NCBI GenBank assembly: GCA_963664405.1
Contig: OY761158.1
Coordinates: 3,424,001 to 3,488,000, forward strand
Length of the DNA: 64,000 bases
Direction: 5' to 3'
DNA from: Thermoanaerobaculia bacterium
Lineage (GTDB): Bacteria; Acidobacteriota; Thermoanaerobaculia; Multivoradales; Multivoraceae
A program made the position numbers and the translations under genes. Positions 1 through 15,025 of the stretch are shown in pieces (positions within the stretch are counted from its first letter, which is position 1; each line of letters opens with the position of its first letter). The notes below the pieces were generated by a model. It did no database searches. It was not told the origin of the DNA and saw nothing but the letters and a program-made list of their open reading frames with translations.

Positions 1-1
1 T

Positions 2-658
2 TTTCTCGATCGGGTGGAGAGCTTCCACAGCAACATGCTCAAGCTGGCGTCGAGGGCATACCCCACGGATGCCGTGGAGGTGGCGTTGGTGAACGGACTG
101 CGCGATCGGAGCTCGCTGGGTGACGTGGCGGTTCTCCAGAGGATCGCTCAGGTCGTGGAGGCGTCGGGTTTTCTCCGTGTCGAAGTGGAAGCTCCGGAGA
201 ACGGAGATCTCGGGTGGGTCGAGTTCAGCAGCCGAAGAGACGGTGTCGAGCGCAGAGTGCGCCTCGACGGCGATCTGGTCGGGTCGCCCGAGTACCGAGC
301 CTTGGCTCACAATCGGGAAGGGCTGCGGGCGCTGCGAAGTGAGGAGTTCTTGGTTCGAAGGCTATCGGGCGATGCGGAAGCAGAGTCGTTTTCTTCCTTG
401 GGCGAGATGCTTGAGGCCCTCTATCGGAGCGCAAAGAGGAACTTGGGTGTGCAGCGCTACAAGGGCCTGGGAGAGATGAACCCGGAGCAACTCTGGGAGA
501 CCACCATGGACCCGGAGCGGCGACGCCTACTAAGGGTGACGATCGACGACGCAGTCAGCACCGACGAGGCCTTCACCCTATTGATGGGGGACCACGTCGA
601 GCCGCGCAGAGAGTTCATTCAGGAAAACGCGCTCGCGGTGACGAATCTTGATGTCTAA
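2..658 (+). CDS. gyrB: DNA gyrase subunit B, C-terminal part (truncated at window start)
   Basis: [21 protein letters not shown] and [13 protein letters not shown] motifs; directly upstream of gyrA. Confidence 0.97.
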   Translation, partial: FLDRVESFHSNMLKLASRAYPTDAVEVALVNGLRDRSSLGDVAVLQRIAQVVEASGFLRVEVEAPENGDLGWVEFSSRRDGVERRVRLDGDLVGSPEYRALAHNREGLRALRSEEFLVRRLSGDAEAESFSSLGEMLEALYRSAKRNLGVQRYKGLGEMNPEQLWETTMDPERRRLLRVTIDDAVSTDEAFTLLMGDHVEPRREFIQENALAVTNLDV

Positions 659-682
659 GGCCGCAAGTCCCCGGTCGCTACG

Positions 683-3196
683 ATGAGCGACGAGACCAAA
701 GCCCCTCTCGAGAACACCGAATTGGTGGATCTCGAAGAGGAGATGAAGCGCAGCTATCTCGACTACGCGATGAGCGTGATCATCGGGCGCGCCCTGCCCG
801 ATGTGCGTGACGGCCTCAAGCCCGTACACCGCCGGGTCCTGTTCGGAATGTGGGAGGCCGGGAACCTGTCGAATCGCCCGTACAAGAAGTCGGCGCGCAT
901 CGTCGGAGATGTGATGGGCAAGTATCACCCCCACGGCGACGGGCCGATCTACGACACTGTTGTGCGGCTGGCTCAGGACTTCTCGATGCGCTACCTGCTG
1001 GTCGACGGCCAGGGAAACTTTGGTTCGATCGATGGCGACGCGGCGGCGGCGATGCGCTACACCGAAGTGCGGATGACTCGGCTTGCCGAAGAAATGCTGC
1101 GCGACGACATCGACAAAGATACGGTCCCTTGGGTCGAGAACTACGACGGTACCGAGCGCGAGCCGCTTGTGCTCCCCGCCCGTGTTCCAAACCTGCTCGT
1201 AAACGGGTCCTCGGGAATCGCAGTGGGTATGGCCACGAACATCCCTCCGCACAATCTGCGGGATGTCATCAGTGCTCTGAAGCTCTGCATCGACGACCCG
1301 AATGTGGGGCTGGAGCAGCTGATGGAGGCGGTGCCAGGGCCGGACTTTCCCACCGGCGGCACGATTCACGGGCGCAGCGGTATTCGTTCCGCCTATGCCT
1401 CCGGCCGCGGCACCATTCATGTTCGAGCCAAGGTGATCTTCGAGGAGATCAAGGGAAGCGACCGCCAGAGCATTGTCGTCAACGAGCTTCCGTACCAAGT
1501 AAACAAGGCCCGCCTGATCGAGCGCATCGTCGAGCTGGTGCGAGACAAGAAGTTAGAGGGCATCTCGGATCTTCGAGACGAATCGGATCGAGAGGGTATC
1601 CGAGTCGTGGTCGAGCTCAAGCGCGGCGAGATACCCGAAGTCGTCCTCAACAACCTCTACAAGCAGACGGCGATGCAGTCGAGCTTCGGGATAAACATGC
1701 TTGCGATCGTTGACAACCAGCCGCAGGTTCTCGGCCTGAAGCCGATCCTGATGCACTTTCTCGACCACCGCAAAGCGGTAGTGGTGCGGCGCACTCGCTT
1801 CGATCTCCACAAGGCCGAGGCGCGCGCTCACATCCTCGAGGGCATTCTCAAGGCACTGGACCAGCTCGATGAGATCATCACCACGATTCGCAGTAGCGAG
1901 AACCCCGCAGATGCGCGAGAGCGTCTCATGGGCGGCTTCGCGCTGTCGGAGATACAGGCCCAAGCCATCCTCGACATGCGCCTGCAACGCCTCACCGGTC
2001 TAGAGCGCGAGAAGGTGGTTGAAGAGTACCGCCAGGTGAGCGCGACGATCGAGCGCCTGCGCTCGGTTTTGGCCTCCGACAGTCTGGTCCTGGCTGAGAT
2101 CCTGGTCGAGCTGGTCGAGCTCGAAGAGGTCTACGGTGACGACCGCCGCACCGAGATCATCGAATCCACCGGCGACATCTCGATCGAAGACATGATCGCG
2201 GACGAGGAAATGGTGATCACGGTCACGAACACCGGTTACGTAAAGCGCTCCTCACTAAGCCTGTACAGGGCCCAGCACCGAGGCGGTAAGGGACGTACGG
2301 GAATGGTGACCCGAGAAGGCGACGTGGTCGAGCAGCTCTATGTCGCGACCGCTCACAGCTACATTCTGGTCTTCACCGAGATGGGGCGCGTCTATTGGCT
2401 CAAGGTGCATCAGATCCCGGAGTTCGCGCCCGCCGCACGCGGCAAGGCAATCGTAAATCTTTTGCAGCTGTCCGCCGAGGAGAGAGTCGCGACCACAGTG
2501 GCGGTGAAGGACTTCGAGGCCGGGCGATTCTTGTTCTTCGCCACCCGCAAGGGCACGGTGAAAAAAACCGCCCTTGCCGCCTACTCCAACCCTCGAGCCG
2601 GCGGCATTATCGGCATTCGGATCGACGAAGACGATAGTCTTCTCGATGTCCGAGTCACCGATGGAGAGAGGGACATTTTCCTCGCCACTCGAAGGGGCCT
2701 CTCGATCCGCTTTCCCGAGAGCGACGCGCGTCCGTTGTCGAGGGCGACTCGAGGTGTAAAGGGCATCCGACTGGGGAGCGAGGATGCGGTGGTCACGATG
2801 GAGGCACTCGAGGACAGCGGCGAGATCCTCACCGTCAGCGAAAACGGTTTCGGTAAGCGCACTCGACAGGAGGAATACCGGATTCAGGGCCGAGGGGGCA
2901 AAGGAATCCTCAACCTCAAGGTGAGCGAGCGGACCGGTGAGGTGGTGGGGGTTCGCCAAGTCGATGAGGACGATGACGTAGTCCTCATCTCTCGGGAGGG
3001 TAAGCTGATCCGGATCGGTGCCGCGAGCGTATCGGTGATCGGCCGGGCTACGCAGGGGGTCAAGGTCATGGACCTCGAAGGCGATGACATCTTGGTGGCC
3101 CTGGCAGAGGTTACTGAGCGTGACGAGGGCGGAGAGGGCGACGATCCACCTCTCCTTCTCGAAGAAGGTGATCTCGACGAGGAGCCGGTGAACTAA
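683..3196 (+). CDS. gyrA: DNA gyrase subunit A
   Basis: [25 protein letters not shown] catalytic Tyr, GyrA-box QHRGGKG, beta-pinwheel repeats, acidic tail. Confidence 0.98.
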   Translation: MSDETKAPLENTELVDLEEEMKRSYLDYAMSVIIGRALPDVRDGLKPVHRRVLFGMWEAGNLSNRPYKKSARIVGDVMGKYHPHGDGPIYDTVVRLAQDFSMRYLLVDGQGNFGSIDGDAAAAMRYTEVRMTRLAEEMLRDDIDKDTVPWVENYDGTEREPLVLPARVPNLLVNGSSGIAVGMATNIPPHNLRDVISALKLCIDDPNVGLEQLMEAVPGPDFPTGGTIHGRSGIRSAYASGRGTIHVRAKVIFEEIKGSDRQSIVVNELPYQVNKARLIERIVELVRDKKLEGISDLRDESDREGIRVVVELKRGEIPEVVLNNLYKQTAMQSSFGINMLAIVDNQPQVLGLKPILMHFLDHRKAVVVRRTRFDLHKAEARAHILEGILKALDQLDEIITTIRSSENPADARERLMGGFALSEIQAQAILDMRLQRLTGLEREKVVEEYRQVSATIERLRSVLASDSLVLAEILVELVELEEVYGDDRRTEIIESTGDISIEDMIADEEMVITVTNTGYVKRSSLSLYRAQHRGGKGRTGMVTREGDVVEQLYVATAHSYILVFTEMGRVYWLKVHQIPEFAPAARGKAIVNLLQLSAEERVATTVAVKDFEAGRFLFFATRKGTVKKTALAAYSNPRAGGIIGIRIDEDDSLLDVRVTDGERDIFLATRRGLSIRFPESDARPLSRATRGVKGIRLGSEDAVVTMEALEDSGEILTVSENGFGKRTRQEEYRIQGRGGKGILNLKVSERTGEVVGVRQVDEDDDVVLISREGKLIRIGAASVSVIGRATQGVKVMDLEGDDILVALAEVTERDEGGEGDDPPLLLEEGDLDEEPVN

Positions 3197-3234
3197 TGAA
3201 GCTTCTACGACTAGGGGTATGAGGAGGGTGCTGC

Positions 3235-3888
3235 GTGCTGTTCTTTCTTGACACCGCCAAGATCTCGGAGATCGAGCAAGGTCTGGAATGGGGAATGGTG
3301 GACGGTGTCACGACGAATCCGACGCTGATAGCGAAAGAAGGAAAAGACTACCTCGATACGGTGGTCGAGGTCGCCAAACTGGTTCCCGGTCCGGTCAGCG
3401 GCGAGGTTCTCGCAACCGAGTACGCGCCGATGATGGAGGAGGCCAAGCGCCTCGCCGGCCTGGCGGAGAATGTGGTGGTGAAGGTACCGTTGGGGCCGGT
3501 AGGCCTGCGAGCGGTGGGTCATCTGCGCGAGCAAGGGATCTCGACCAATGTGACGCTCTGCTTTTCGACCGCCCAGGCTCTCCTTGCTGCCAAGGCCGGC
3601 GCCGGGTATATCTCGCCCTTTATCGGCCGCCTCGATGACCTGGGCCAGGACGGAATGGGCCTGATCGAAGACATCGTGCAGATGTACGACAACTACGACT
3701 TCGAGACCCAAGTGCTTGTTGCATCCGTACGGCACCCGGTGCACGTGGTTCGGTCTGCTCTCCTGGGTGCGGACGTCGCGACCCTGCCGTTCAAGGTGCT
3801 GCAGCAGCTCTATGGCCACCCACTTACGGACAAGGGGCTCGCGGGCTTTCTGGCGGATTGGGAGGCGACGGGCGTTAGCGCCTTCTGA
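3235..3888 (+). CDS. fsa: Transaldolase / fructose-6-phosphate aldolase (short type)
   Basis: [20 protein letters not shown] Schiff-base Lys, [17 protein letters not shown]. Confidence 0.93.
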   Translation: MLFFLDTAKISEIEQGLEWGMVDGVTTNPTLIAKEGKDYLDTVVEVAKLVPGPVSGEVLATEYAPMMEEAKRLAGLAENVVVKVPLGPVGLRAVGHLREQGISTNVTLCFSTAQALLAAKAGAGYISPFIGRLDDLGQDGMGLIEDIVQMYDNYDFETQVLVASVRHPVHVVRSALLGADVATLPFKVLQQLYGHPLTDKGLAGFLADWEATGVSAF

Positions 3889-3895
3889 GGCGCTC

Positions 3896-4474
3896 TTGAG
3901 CGGCGAAAACGACGAGGCGTCCCCCTCGTTTCGGTTGTACCAGCTAGCGTGGGCTTTCTATCTGGTCCTCGGTCTCCTAGGGGCTTTGTGGATCGGCATC
4001 CGCGAAGGTACGATCGAGAGCGCACTCTTCGCGAGCCCGTCCTCCTGGCTGCGAGACCTCGTGGTCGGGGTCTTGTCGGGCGGCGCTCTCATTGGCCTTT
4101 GGGAGGGATTAGGGCGACGTCTGGCTTTGGGCCGGGAGCTTGAGCAGCGTCTTCGCGGTCTGCTGGGACATCTCGACGCATCGGAGGCGATCGGCCTTGC
4201 GGTGCTCTCGGGCTTTGCCGAGGAGCTGTTCTTTCGGGGCGCTGTGCAAGGTAGCTTCGGCTACCTTGTCGCATCACTGCTTTTTGCCGCTCTTCATTCG
4301 GGCAGAGAGCGGAGCTTCATGCTGTGGACCGCCTTCGCGCTTATCGCGGGTCTACTCTTCGGCGGCCTGGTACTGTGGGCGGGAAATCTACTTCCCGCGA
4401 TCGTCGGGCATGTCATGGTGAATGCGGTGAACCTGCGGCGTCTCACAGCATTGCCGGAGGGAGAGGTTGATTGA
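3896..4474 (+). CDS. CPBP (Abi/CAAX) family intramembrane glutamic endopeptidase
   Basis: EELFFRG, LFAALH, HVMVN motifs; in-frame TTG start just after fsa stop. Confidence 0.85.
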   Translation: MSGENDEASPSFRLYQLAWAFYLVLGLLGALWIGIREGTIESALFASPSSWLRDLVVGVLSGGALIGLWEGLGRRLALGRELEQRLRGLLGHLDASEAIGLAVLSGFAEELFFRGAVQGSFGYLVASLLFAALHSGRERSFMLWTAFALIAGLLFGGLVLWAGNLLPAIVGHVMVNAVNLRRLTALPEGEVD

Positions 4475-5013
4475 GCGACGAGAAAGAGCTCAAGTTTGCG
4501 GTGGTAGGCGACGTGGAGGAGTTGCGCCGGCGGCTAGTTGAGGTTGGCGCGAAAGAGTCCAGCGTTCCGAGTGAAGAGAATAATTGGGTTTTTGACCGCC
4601 ACGCCGAGCTCTATTCCGCCAGTCGACTCCTGCGTTTGCGCAGCGACGGGCAGGGCGGACACCTCACCTACAAGGGGCCGCCTCGCTTTGAAGGGGGGCT
4701 CAAGGTGCGCGAAGAGATCGAAGTCGATGTCGACGATGTTGAAGCGACTCGCGATCTTCTGGTGCGCCTCGGCTACCGCGTTGTTCGTCGTTACCAGAAG
4801 ATTCGGCAGGAATGGCGCCTCGATAGCACGGTAGTCGCGGTGGACCTCACCCCTATCGGGCTCTTCGTCGAGTTTGAAGGGGAGGATGCGCCGGTCTCGG
4901 CCAAGCAATGTGGCTTTGACCCAGAACAGGCGGAAAAGCGCTCTTACCTCAGGCTCTACGAAGAGCATCGGCGGGAGCACCCGCACCTGCCTCCAGATAT
5001 GGTCTTCCCCTGA
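4471..5013 (+). CDS. CYTH domain protein (class IV adenylate cyclase-like)
   Basis: N-terminal EKELKF, LRLR, LTYKG, REEIE, FVEFEG. Confidence 0.88.
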   Translation: MSDEKELKFAVVGDVEELRRRLVEVGAKESSVPSEENNWVFDRHAELYSASRLLRLRSDGQGGHLTYKGPPRFEGGLKVREEIEVDVDDVEATRDLLVRLGYRVVRRYQKIRQEWRLDSTVVAVDLTPIGLFVEFEGEDAPVSAKQCGFDPEQAEKRSYLRLYEEHRREHPHLPPDMVFP

Positions 5014-6047
5014 TGGCGCCGCTACGGCTGCGAGCGCTGGTTCTCTGCGCCGGCCGGGCGACGCGTTTTCGCCCTCTCACCACTGGGGTTCCCAAGGCAC
5101 TCCTTCCGGTCCTCGGCCGACCCCTGCTCGGGGTTACGCTCGAGCAGCTCCTCGAGGCGGGCGTCGAGGCGGTTGCGATCAATCTCCATCACCAGGGTGA
5201 GGCAATCGCCTCGACTCTGGGAAGCTCCTATCGAGGAATACCTCTCCGCTACTCACGAGAGAATCTGCTGCTCGGAACGCTAGGCGCGGTTAATCCCCTG
5301 AAGGAGTTTCTCGGTGAGGCGGATCTGGTCCTCCTGGTCAACGGCGACAGCCTGTGCAGGTGGCCGATCGAGGCGATGGTAGAGCGTCATCGGAGCGTCG
5401 AAAGTGAGGCGACACTATTGTTGAGCTCTGTCGCCGATGTCGAGTCCTTCGGCGGAGTGGGAATCGATGACAACGAGCAGATCGTGTCCTTCCCTGGTGG
5501 CCCATGCTCCCCTAGAGAGACGCGGCAGCTCGTTTTTGCCGGCGCGCACATCTTCGACCCCGAGCTACTTCGGAGGGTGCGACCCGGTGCCTCCGACAGC
5601 GTCGTGGATCTCTATCGCCCGATGGTCGAGGCCGGTGGGCAGTTGCAGGCCTTTGTGAGTGACCAGCAGTGGCATGACCTGGGCAACCCACACCGTTACC
5701 TCAAGGCTTTACTGGAGTGGATGCGGAGCACGGACGGTAGCTCGGAAGACCGAAGCTGGTTCGGCCGAGGTGCGTCGGTAGATCCTGCAGCTCAGGTAGT
5801 TGGCTCGATCATCGAGGCGGGTGCCACCGTCGCCGCCGGCGCGCGGTTGACCGAGTGCGTGGTCCTCAACGACGCCGAGGTCGGAGTCGGCGCACAGCTC
5901 GAACGATGTCTTTTGGCCCCGGACGTAGTCCTGGGTCGAGGGACCCGAGTGGCAGGCGAGATGGTCACGCCTTTTGCTTGGGGTTTGGTGGATGGCTCCC
6001 GTCGGGTTGGCGCTCTTGTTCATACACCGCTATCAGGGCGGGCATGA
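5013..6047 (+). CDS. NDP-sugar synthase / nucleotidyltransferase (mannose-1-P guanylyltransferase-like) with C-terminal hexapeptide repeats
   Basis: LCAGRATRFRPLT-PKALLPV, NGD, WHDLG, left-handed beta-helix-like tail. Confidence 0.85.
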   Translation: MAPLRLRALVLCAGRATRFRPLTTGVPKALLPVLGRPLLGVTLEQLLEAGVEAVAINLHHQGEAIASTLGSSYRGIPLRYSRENLLLGTLGAVNPLKEFLGEADLVLLVNGDSLCRWPIEAMVERHRSVESEATLLLSSVADVESFGGVGIDDNEQIVSFPGGPCSPRETRQLVFAGAHIFDPELLRRVRPGASDSVVDLYRPMVEAGGQLQAFVSDQQWHDLGNPHRYLKALLEWMRSTDGSSEDRSWFGRGASVDPAAQVVGSIIEAGATVAAGARLTECVVLNDAEVGVGAQLERCLLAPDVVLGRGTRVAGEMVTPFAWGLVDGSRRVGALVHTPLSGRA

Positions 6048-6616
6048 GCGCGTCGGTGACCCTCTACTGCTGGCTCGTTGCCGCAGTCGCCGCCGAGCGC
6101 GGGTTCGAGCTCGTCTTATCGCGTCGAAATCTGCGCTGGGCGGCACAGAAAGGGGGCGTCGAGAGAGGAGCCGGACACTATCGATGGATGGTTCTTTCGC
6201 ACACCGGGCTGCTCTTGGCTTGCCCCTTGGAGGTATGGCTCCTGGAGCGCCCCTTCCTGTCCGTGGTCGGGGTTCCGGCCCTCGTGTTGCTGGTGGTTTC
6301 GATGAGCCTTCGCTATTGGGCAGTGGTCTCGCTTGGAAGGAGGTGGAATACACGAGTGGTGGTGGTACCGGGGGTTCCAGTCGTGACCAGCGGGCCATAC
6401 CGGTTCTTGCGTCACCCCAACTATCTCGCTGTTGTTCTGGAAGTCGCGGCCCTGCCACTGGTACACAGCGCATGGGTGACAGCTGTCGTGTTCACGATCC
6501 TCAATGGCTTGATTCTGCGCACCAGGCTCCGGGTCGAGGAATCCACACTTCGGGAGCTAGCCGACTACGAGACGGCGATGAAGGGAAGGTCGAGTTTGTT
6601 ACCGGGGGCAGGGTGA
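6044..6616 (+). CDS. Isoprenylcysteine carboxyl methyltransferase (ICMT) family membrane protein, SrsB/BpsB-like
   Basis: LRYW..SLGRRWNTRV, GPYRFLRHPNY, RLRVEE; ATGA overlap with upstream stop. Confidence 0.88.
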   Translation: MSASVTLYCWLVAAVAAERGFELVLSRRNLRWAAQKGGVERGAGHYRWMVLSHTGLLLACPLEVWLLERPFLSVVGVPALVLLVVSMSLRYWAVVSLGRRWNTRVVVVPGVPVVTSGPYRFLRHPNYLAVVLEVAALPLVHSAWVTAVVFTILNGLILRTRLRVEESTLRELADYETAMKGRSSLLPGAG

Positions 6617-7749
6617 CGGCCGGCTGCGACGTCGTCGTGATCGGCGGCGGCCCGGCAGGCCTGGCGACAGCGATTGCAGCAGGCCGTCAAGGACTTCGAG
6701 TAGAGGTCCTCGAACGTTTCCAGACTCCTATCGACAAGCCCTGCGGCGAGGGTCTGTTGCCGAGCGGGTTGGCGGCTTTGGAGGCCCTGGGGGTCAACGC
6801 CGCCGAGCTTCCGAGTCGAGAGCTCGAAGGAATTCGCTATGTCGATGGGGAGACGGTCGCCGAAGGGCCGTTTTGCAGTAGGTTGGGGAGGGGGATTCGT
6901 CGCCTGGTTCTGCACGAAGCTCTTGCCGGGAGGGCGGAAGAGGTTGGTGCTCGCCTAAGCTGGGGCGTGACCGTCAAGGGGATCGAGTCGGTGGGTGACC
7001 GTTGGTCGGTCGCGACCTCGGAAGACCGCCGGGAGGCGCGTTGGCTGGTTGGAGCCGACGGCCTCAGCTCTCGTGTTCGCGAGTGGTCGGGTTTGTCGGG
7101 CCGGCCCGCCAAGCGGCAGCGCTTCGGAGCTCGCCGCCATTATCGACTGGCTCCCTGGTCGAGCTTTGTCGAGGTCTACTGGAGAGAGGGCTGCGAAGCT
7201 TATGTGACCCCGGTAGACGACGATCTCGTTGGGGTGGCGCTGCTGTGGAGTGGTCGCAGCGGCGGGTTCGACTTCTTGCTCGAGGGCTTTCCCGAGCTTG
7301 CGGCGAGGCTTGCCGGCGCCACCAAGGCATCGCGAACGCGAGGTTGTGGACCTCTCCGTCGTCGCACTCGGCATGTGGTGGGTAAGAACTTGGCGCTGGT
7401 CGGTGATGCTTCGGGGTATACGGACGCCCTCACCGGCGAAGGTCTAGGGCTCGCTTTTCAGCAAGGCTTGGCTTTGGCCAAGGGGTTGGCTAGGGGAAGT
7501 GTTCGCTATTACCCGCGAGAACACCGTCGCATAGGTCGGGCAGTTCGCGCGATGACCGAGCTCACACTCCTTCTCTCTCGCTCACCCGCCTTACGCCGAC
7601 GCGTGATCGACGCTTTGCGAGCTCAACCGGCACTCTTCACCCGCCTGCTCGCCACCCAAGACCGAGAGGCCCCACTGCTGGGTACGGGAGTGCCAACGCT
7701 CGTAGAGCTTGCGCTGAGGACTCTTGTCTCGAAGCCCGAGAGAGGCTGA
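6613..7749 (+). CDS. FAD-dependent oxidoreductase/monooxygenase, SrsC-like
   Basis: GGGPAG Rossmann motif, DKPCGEGL, GADG, LVGDASGYTDALTGEG; GTGA overlap start. Confidence 0.85.
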   Translation: MTAGCDVVVIGGGPAGLATAIAAGRQGLRVEVLERFQTPIDKPCGEGLLPSGLAALEALGVNAAELPSRELEGIRYVDGETVAEGPFCSRLGRGIRRLVLHEALAGRAEEVGARLSWGVTVKGIESVGDRWSVATSEDRREARWLVGADGLSSRVREWSGLSGRPAKRQRFGARRHYRLAPWSSFVEVYWREGCEAYVTPVDDDLVGVALLWSGRSGGFDFLLEGFPELAARLAGATKASRTRGCGPLRRRTRHVVGKNLALVGDASGYTDALTGEGLGLAFQQGLALAKGLARGSVRYYPREHRRIGRAVRAMTELTLLLSRSPALRRRVIDALRAQPALFTRLLATQDREAPLLGTGVPTLVELALRTLVSKPERG

Positions 7750-7774
7750 GACTCGGTAGGTGAGACCGGCCCTC

Positions 7775-8068
7775 GGTCAGGGGCTGGTGATCATCAGCGG
7801 CGGCATCGACCTCTCGGTGGGCGCGACTGTCGGCCTGGGTCCCGACCACCCCGCCTTCGTCGAGGCCGGCTCGGGCTCGTTGTATACGCCATCGCCGCCG
7901 TCGTACTCGGAGGCTGCTCGCTGCGCGGCGGTGTCGGCACAGTGTCGGGTATCCTTGTCGGTGCGGCTCTGATGCGTCTGATTACCAACGGTATTAATCT
8001 TCTCGGCATCAGCACACACTGGGAGCTCACCGTTATCGGGCTCGTTATCGCAGCGGCGGCAGTGCTCA
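7775..8068 (+). pseudogene. Remnant of a ribose/xylose-type ABC permease (RbsC family)
   Basis: LVIISGGIDLSVGA in one frame, then after a frameshift AIAAVVLGGCSLRGGVGTVSGILVG...NGINLLG; middle of the gene is missing; 3' end runs into a MITE. Confidence 0.8.
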
Positions 8069-8233
8069 CTAGACCAGTGTTTCCAAAGTTCGCGCACATA
8101 TCTCGGCCCCTTCTGCCCGCTGGCGGCGTTTCGCCTCCTCGACATATTGCCCAATATGCCTGCGTCGGCGCGCCTGGCCAGCGAACAGAATGAGCTCGAG
8201 CTATGTACACGAATTTTGGAAACGCTGGTCTAG
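8069..8233. mobile_element. 165-bp MITE-like element with 37-bp imperfect terminal inverted repeats and CTAG ends
   Basis: Left CTAGACCAGTGTTTCCAAAGTTCGCGCACATATCTCG vs reverse complement of right end CTAGACCAGCGTTTCCAAAATTCGTGTACATAGCTCG (32/37); central hairpin CATATTG-CC-CAATATG. Confidence 0.8.
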
Positions 8234-8244
8234 CAGGGGGAACT

Positions 8245-8904
8245 ATGAGTGAAGAAAAGAGTGTCTACAAGTACGAAGGTGAGGAAGTCGATGTCTTCTG
8301 GGATGGCAAGCTGTGCATTCACATCGGTGAGTGCGGGCGGGCGCAGGGCGACCTCTTTGTTGCCGGCCGCCAGCCTTGGTGTCAGCCGGATACCTCCGCG
8401 ACCACTGAGGTAGTCGATGTCGTCAAGCGCTGCCCCACGGGCTCGCTGACCTACCTACGAAAGGACGGTACCGGCGGTGAGGTGGCTGACGACCGAAACG
8501 TCGTGGTGGTCTCCAACAGCGGTCCGCTCTATTTTCGTGGCGACCTGAGAGTCGCCGGAGAGGCGGCCGCAGAGAAACCAGGGGTGCGGTTCCGTGCCGC
8601 TTTCTGTCGTTGCGGAGAGTCGGGCAACAAGCCCTTCTGCGACAACAGCCACGAGGGGGCCGGCTTTCGCGACTATGGAGCGGTCGGTGAGACCGGCGAG
8701 GCGCTCGCCGAAGAGGGCGGCGCCTTGGAGATCACATCGGTTCCGAACGGGCCACTGATCGTTTCAGGCCACTTCTCTATCGTTGCGGCCAGTGGCCGGG
8801 TGGCGTGGCAGGGGACGAGGGCTGCGCTGTGCCGCTGTGGTGCCTCGGGCAACAAGCCGATGTGCGACGGCAGCCACAAGGCGGCGGGCTTCGAGGCGAG
8901 CTAG
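8245..8904 (+). CDS. CDGSH iron-sulfur protein (divergent 4Fe-4S domain plus two CDGSH domains)
   Basis: CIHIGEC..CPTGSL; [17 protein letters not shown]; [17 protein letters not shown]. Confidence 0.9.
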   Translation: MSEEKSVYKYEGEEVDVFWDGKLCIHIGECGRAQGDLFVAGRQPWCQPDTSATTEVVDVVKRCPTGSLTYLRKDGTGGEVADDRNVVVVSNSGPLYFRGDLRVAGEAAAEKPGVRFRAAFCRCGESGNKPFCDNSHEGAGFRDYGAVGETGEALAEEGGALEITSVPNGPLIVSGHFSIVAASGRVAWQGTRAALCRCGASGNKPMCDGSHKAAGFEAS

Positions 8905-8934
8905 CCGTGCCATCCGCAGTCGGTGGCGCTCAGG

Positions 8935-10434
8935 CTATGAGCTGAGGACGGCGGCGCCGGATGCGGGGATCGGCAGCTCGGTCGAGCCCATGAGGTACTC
9001 GTCCACCTTGGCGGCGGCGGCTCGACCCTCGTTGATCGCCCAGACGATAAGCGATTGTCCGCGTCGGCAATCGCCGGCCGCGAAGACGCCCTCCGCGCTG
9101 GTCGCGAAGTCGCCATAGGCGGCTTTGAAGTTGGAGCGCGAGTCGGTCTCCAGGCCCAGCTTCTGGACCAGGGTGTCCTCCGGACCCAGAAAGCCCATCG
9201 CGAGTAGCACCAGATCGGCTTCGAAAACCTGCTCGCTCCCGGGGACTTCGCTCATCTGGAAGCGGCCGCTCTCGTCCGACGCCCATTCAACGGTGGCGGC
9301 GCGAATGCCGGAGACTCGTCCGTTACCGTCATCGAGGAACTCTTTGGATAGGATGCTGAAAACGCGCGGGTCGGCACCGAATTTGGCGGCGACCTCGGCG
9401 TGACCGTAGTCCACACGAAAGATCTTCGGCCACTCGGGCCAAGGGTTGTCGGGAGCCCGCTCCTGGGGTGGCTCCGGCAACAGCTCGAAATTGACCAGAC
9501 TGCGGCAGCCGTGACGCATCGCGGTGCCGATGCAGTCGGTACCGGTGTCGCCGCCCCCGATAACAAGGACGCTACGCTCTTTCGCGTCGATGTAGCGCTT
9601 GTCGGAGAGACCCGAGTCTAGAAGACTCTTGGTATTGGCGGTGAGGAAGTCCATCGCGAAGTGAATGCCCTCGAACTGGCGCCCCGGAAGCGGCAGATCT
9701 CTCGGGTTAGTGGCGCCACAGGCGAGCAGGACAGCGTCGTTGTCGCGCTGGAGCTTACGGGCGTCAATGTTCCCACCTACATCGGCGTTGGTGATGAAGC
9801 TGACCCCCTCGGCCGCCAACAGCTCGACCCGGCGCTCTACCACCTCTTCCTTCATGAGCTTCATGTTGGGGATGCCGTACATGAGGAGGCCGCCGACTCG
9901 GTCGGCGCGCTCGTAAACGCTAACTTGGTGGCCCGCCTTGTTGAGTTGTGCCGCGGCGGCCAACCCCGCCGGCCCTGAGCCCACGATGGCGACCTTCTTG
10001 CCGGTTCGGAAGCGGGGAGGCTGGGGCACGATCCAACCTTCGGCGAAGCCACGATCGACAATCGCGTTCTCGATGTTCTTGATGGTGACGGCCGGGTCGG
10101 TGATGCCGAGCACGCAGGCGCCCTCGCAGGGAGCCGGACAGACTCGGCCGGTGAATTCCGGGAAGTTGTTGGTCTGATGCAGGCGGTCCAGAGCTCGGCG
10201 CCACTGGTTGCGGTAGACCAGGTCGTTGAACTCCGGGATCAAATTATCGATCGGGCAGCCCGGTTCCGATTGGCAGAAGGGCACGCCGCAGTCCATGCAG
10301 CGCGCCCCTTGAGTGCGCAGATGCTCCTCGGTGACGGGTACGAGAAACTCGTCGTAGTTGTCGAGTCGAACAAGCGGGTCGGCGTAGGGAGCAGCCTTGC
10401 GCTCGTAGTCCTTGAAACCGGTAGGTTTTCCCAC
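8935..10434 (-). CDS. gltD: Glutamate synthase small subunit
   Basis: [47 protein letters not shown]. Confidence 0.97.
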   Translation of the reverse strand: MGKPTGFKDYERKAAPYADPLVRLDNYDEFLVPVTEEHLRTQGARCMDCGVPFCQSEPGCPIDNLIPEFNDLVYRNQWRRALDRLHQTNNFPEFTGRVCPAPCEGACVLGITDPAVTIKNIENAIVDRGFAEGWIVPQPPRFRTGKKVAIVGSGPAGLAAAAQLNKAGHQVSVYERADRVGGLLMYGIPNMKLMKEEVVERRVELLAAEGVSFITNADVGGNIDARKLQRDNDAVLLACGATNPRDLPLPGRQFEGIHFAMDFLTANTKSLLDSGLSDKRYIDAKERSVLVIGGGDTGTDCIGTAMRHGCRSLVNFELLPEPPQERAPDNPWPEWPKIFRVDYGHAEVAAKFGADPRVFSILSKEFLDDGNGRVSGIRAATVEWASDESGRFQMSEVPGSEQVFEADLVLLAMGFLGPEDTLVQKLGLETDSRSNFKAAYGDFATSAEGVFAAGDCRRGQSLIVWAINEGRAAAAKVDEYLMGSTELPIPASGAAVLSS

Positions 10435-10462
10435 TCGTCCGAGCTCTCCGGCAGCAGAAAGA

Positions 10463-15014
<4,552 letters not shown>

Positions 15015-15025
<11 letters not shown>

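Noticed and set aside
5974-6612. N-terminal extension of the 591-aa flavoprotein ORF
   Set aside because: It overlaps the ICMT gene in another frame; the real start is the GTGA-coupled GTG at 6613
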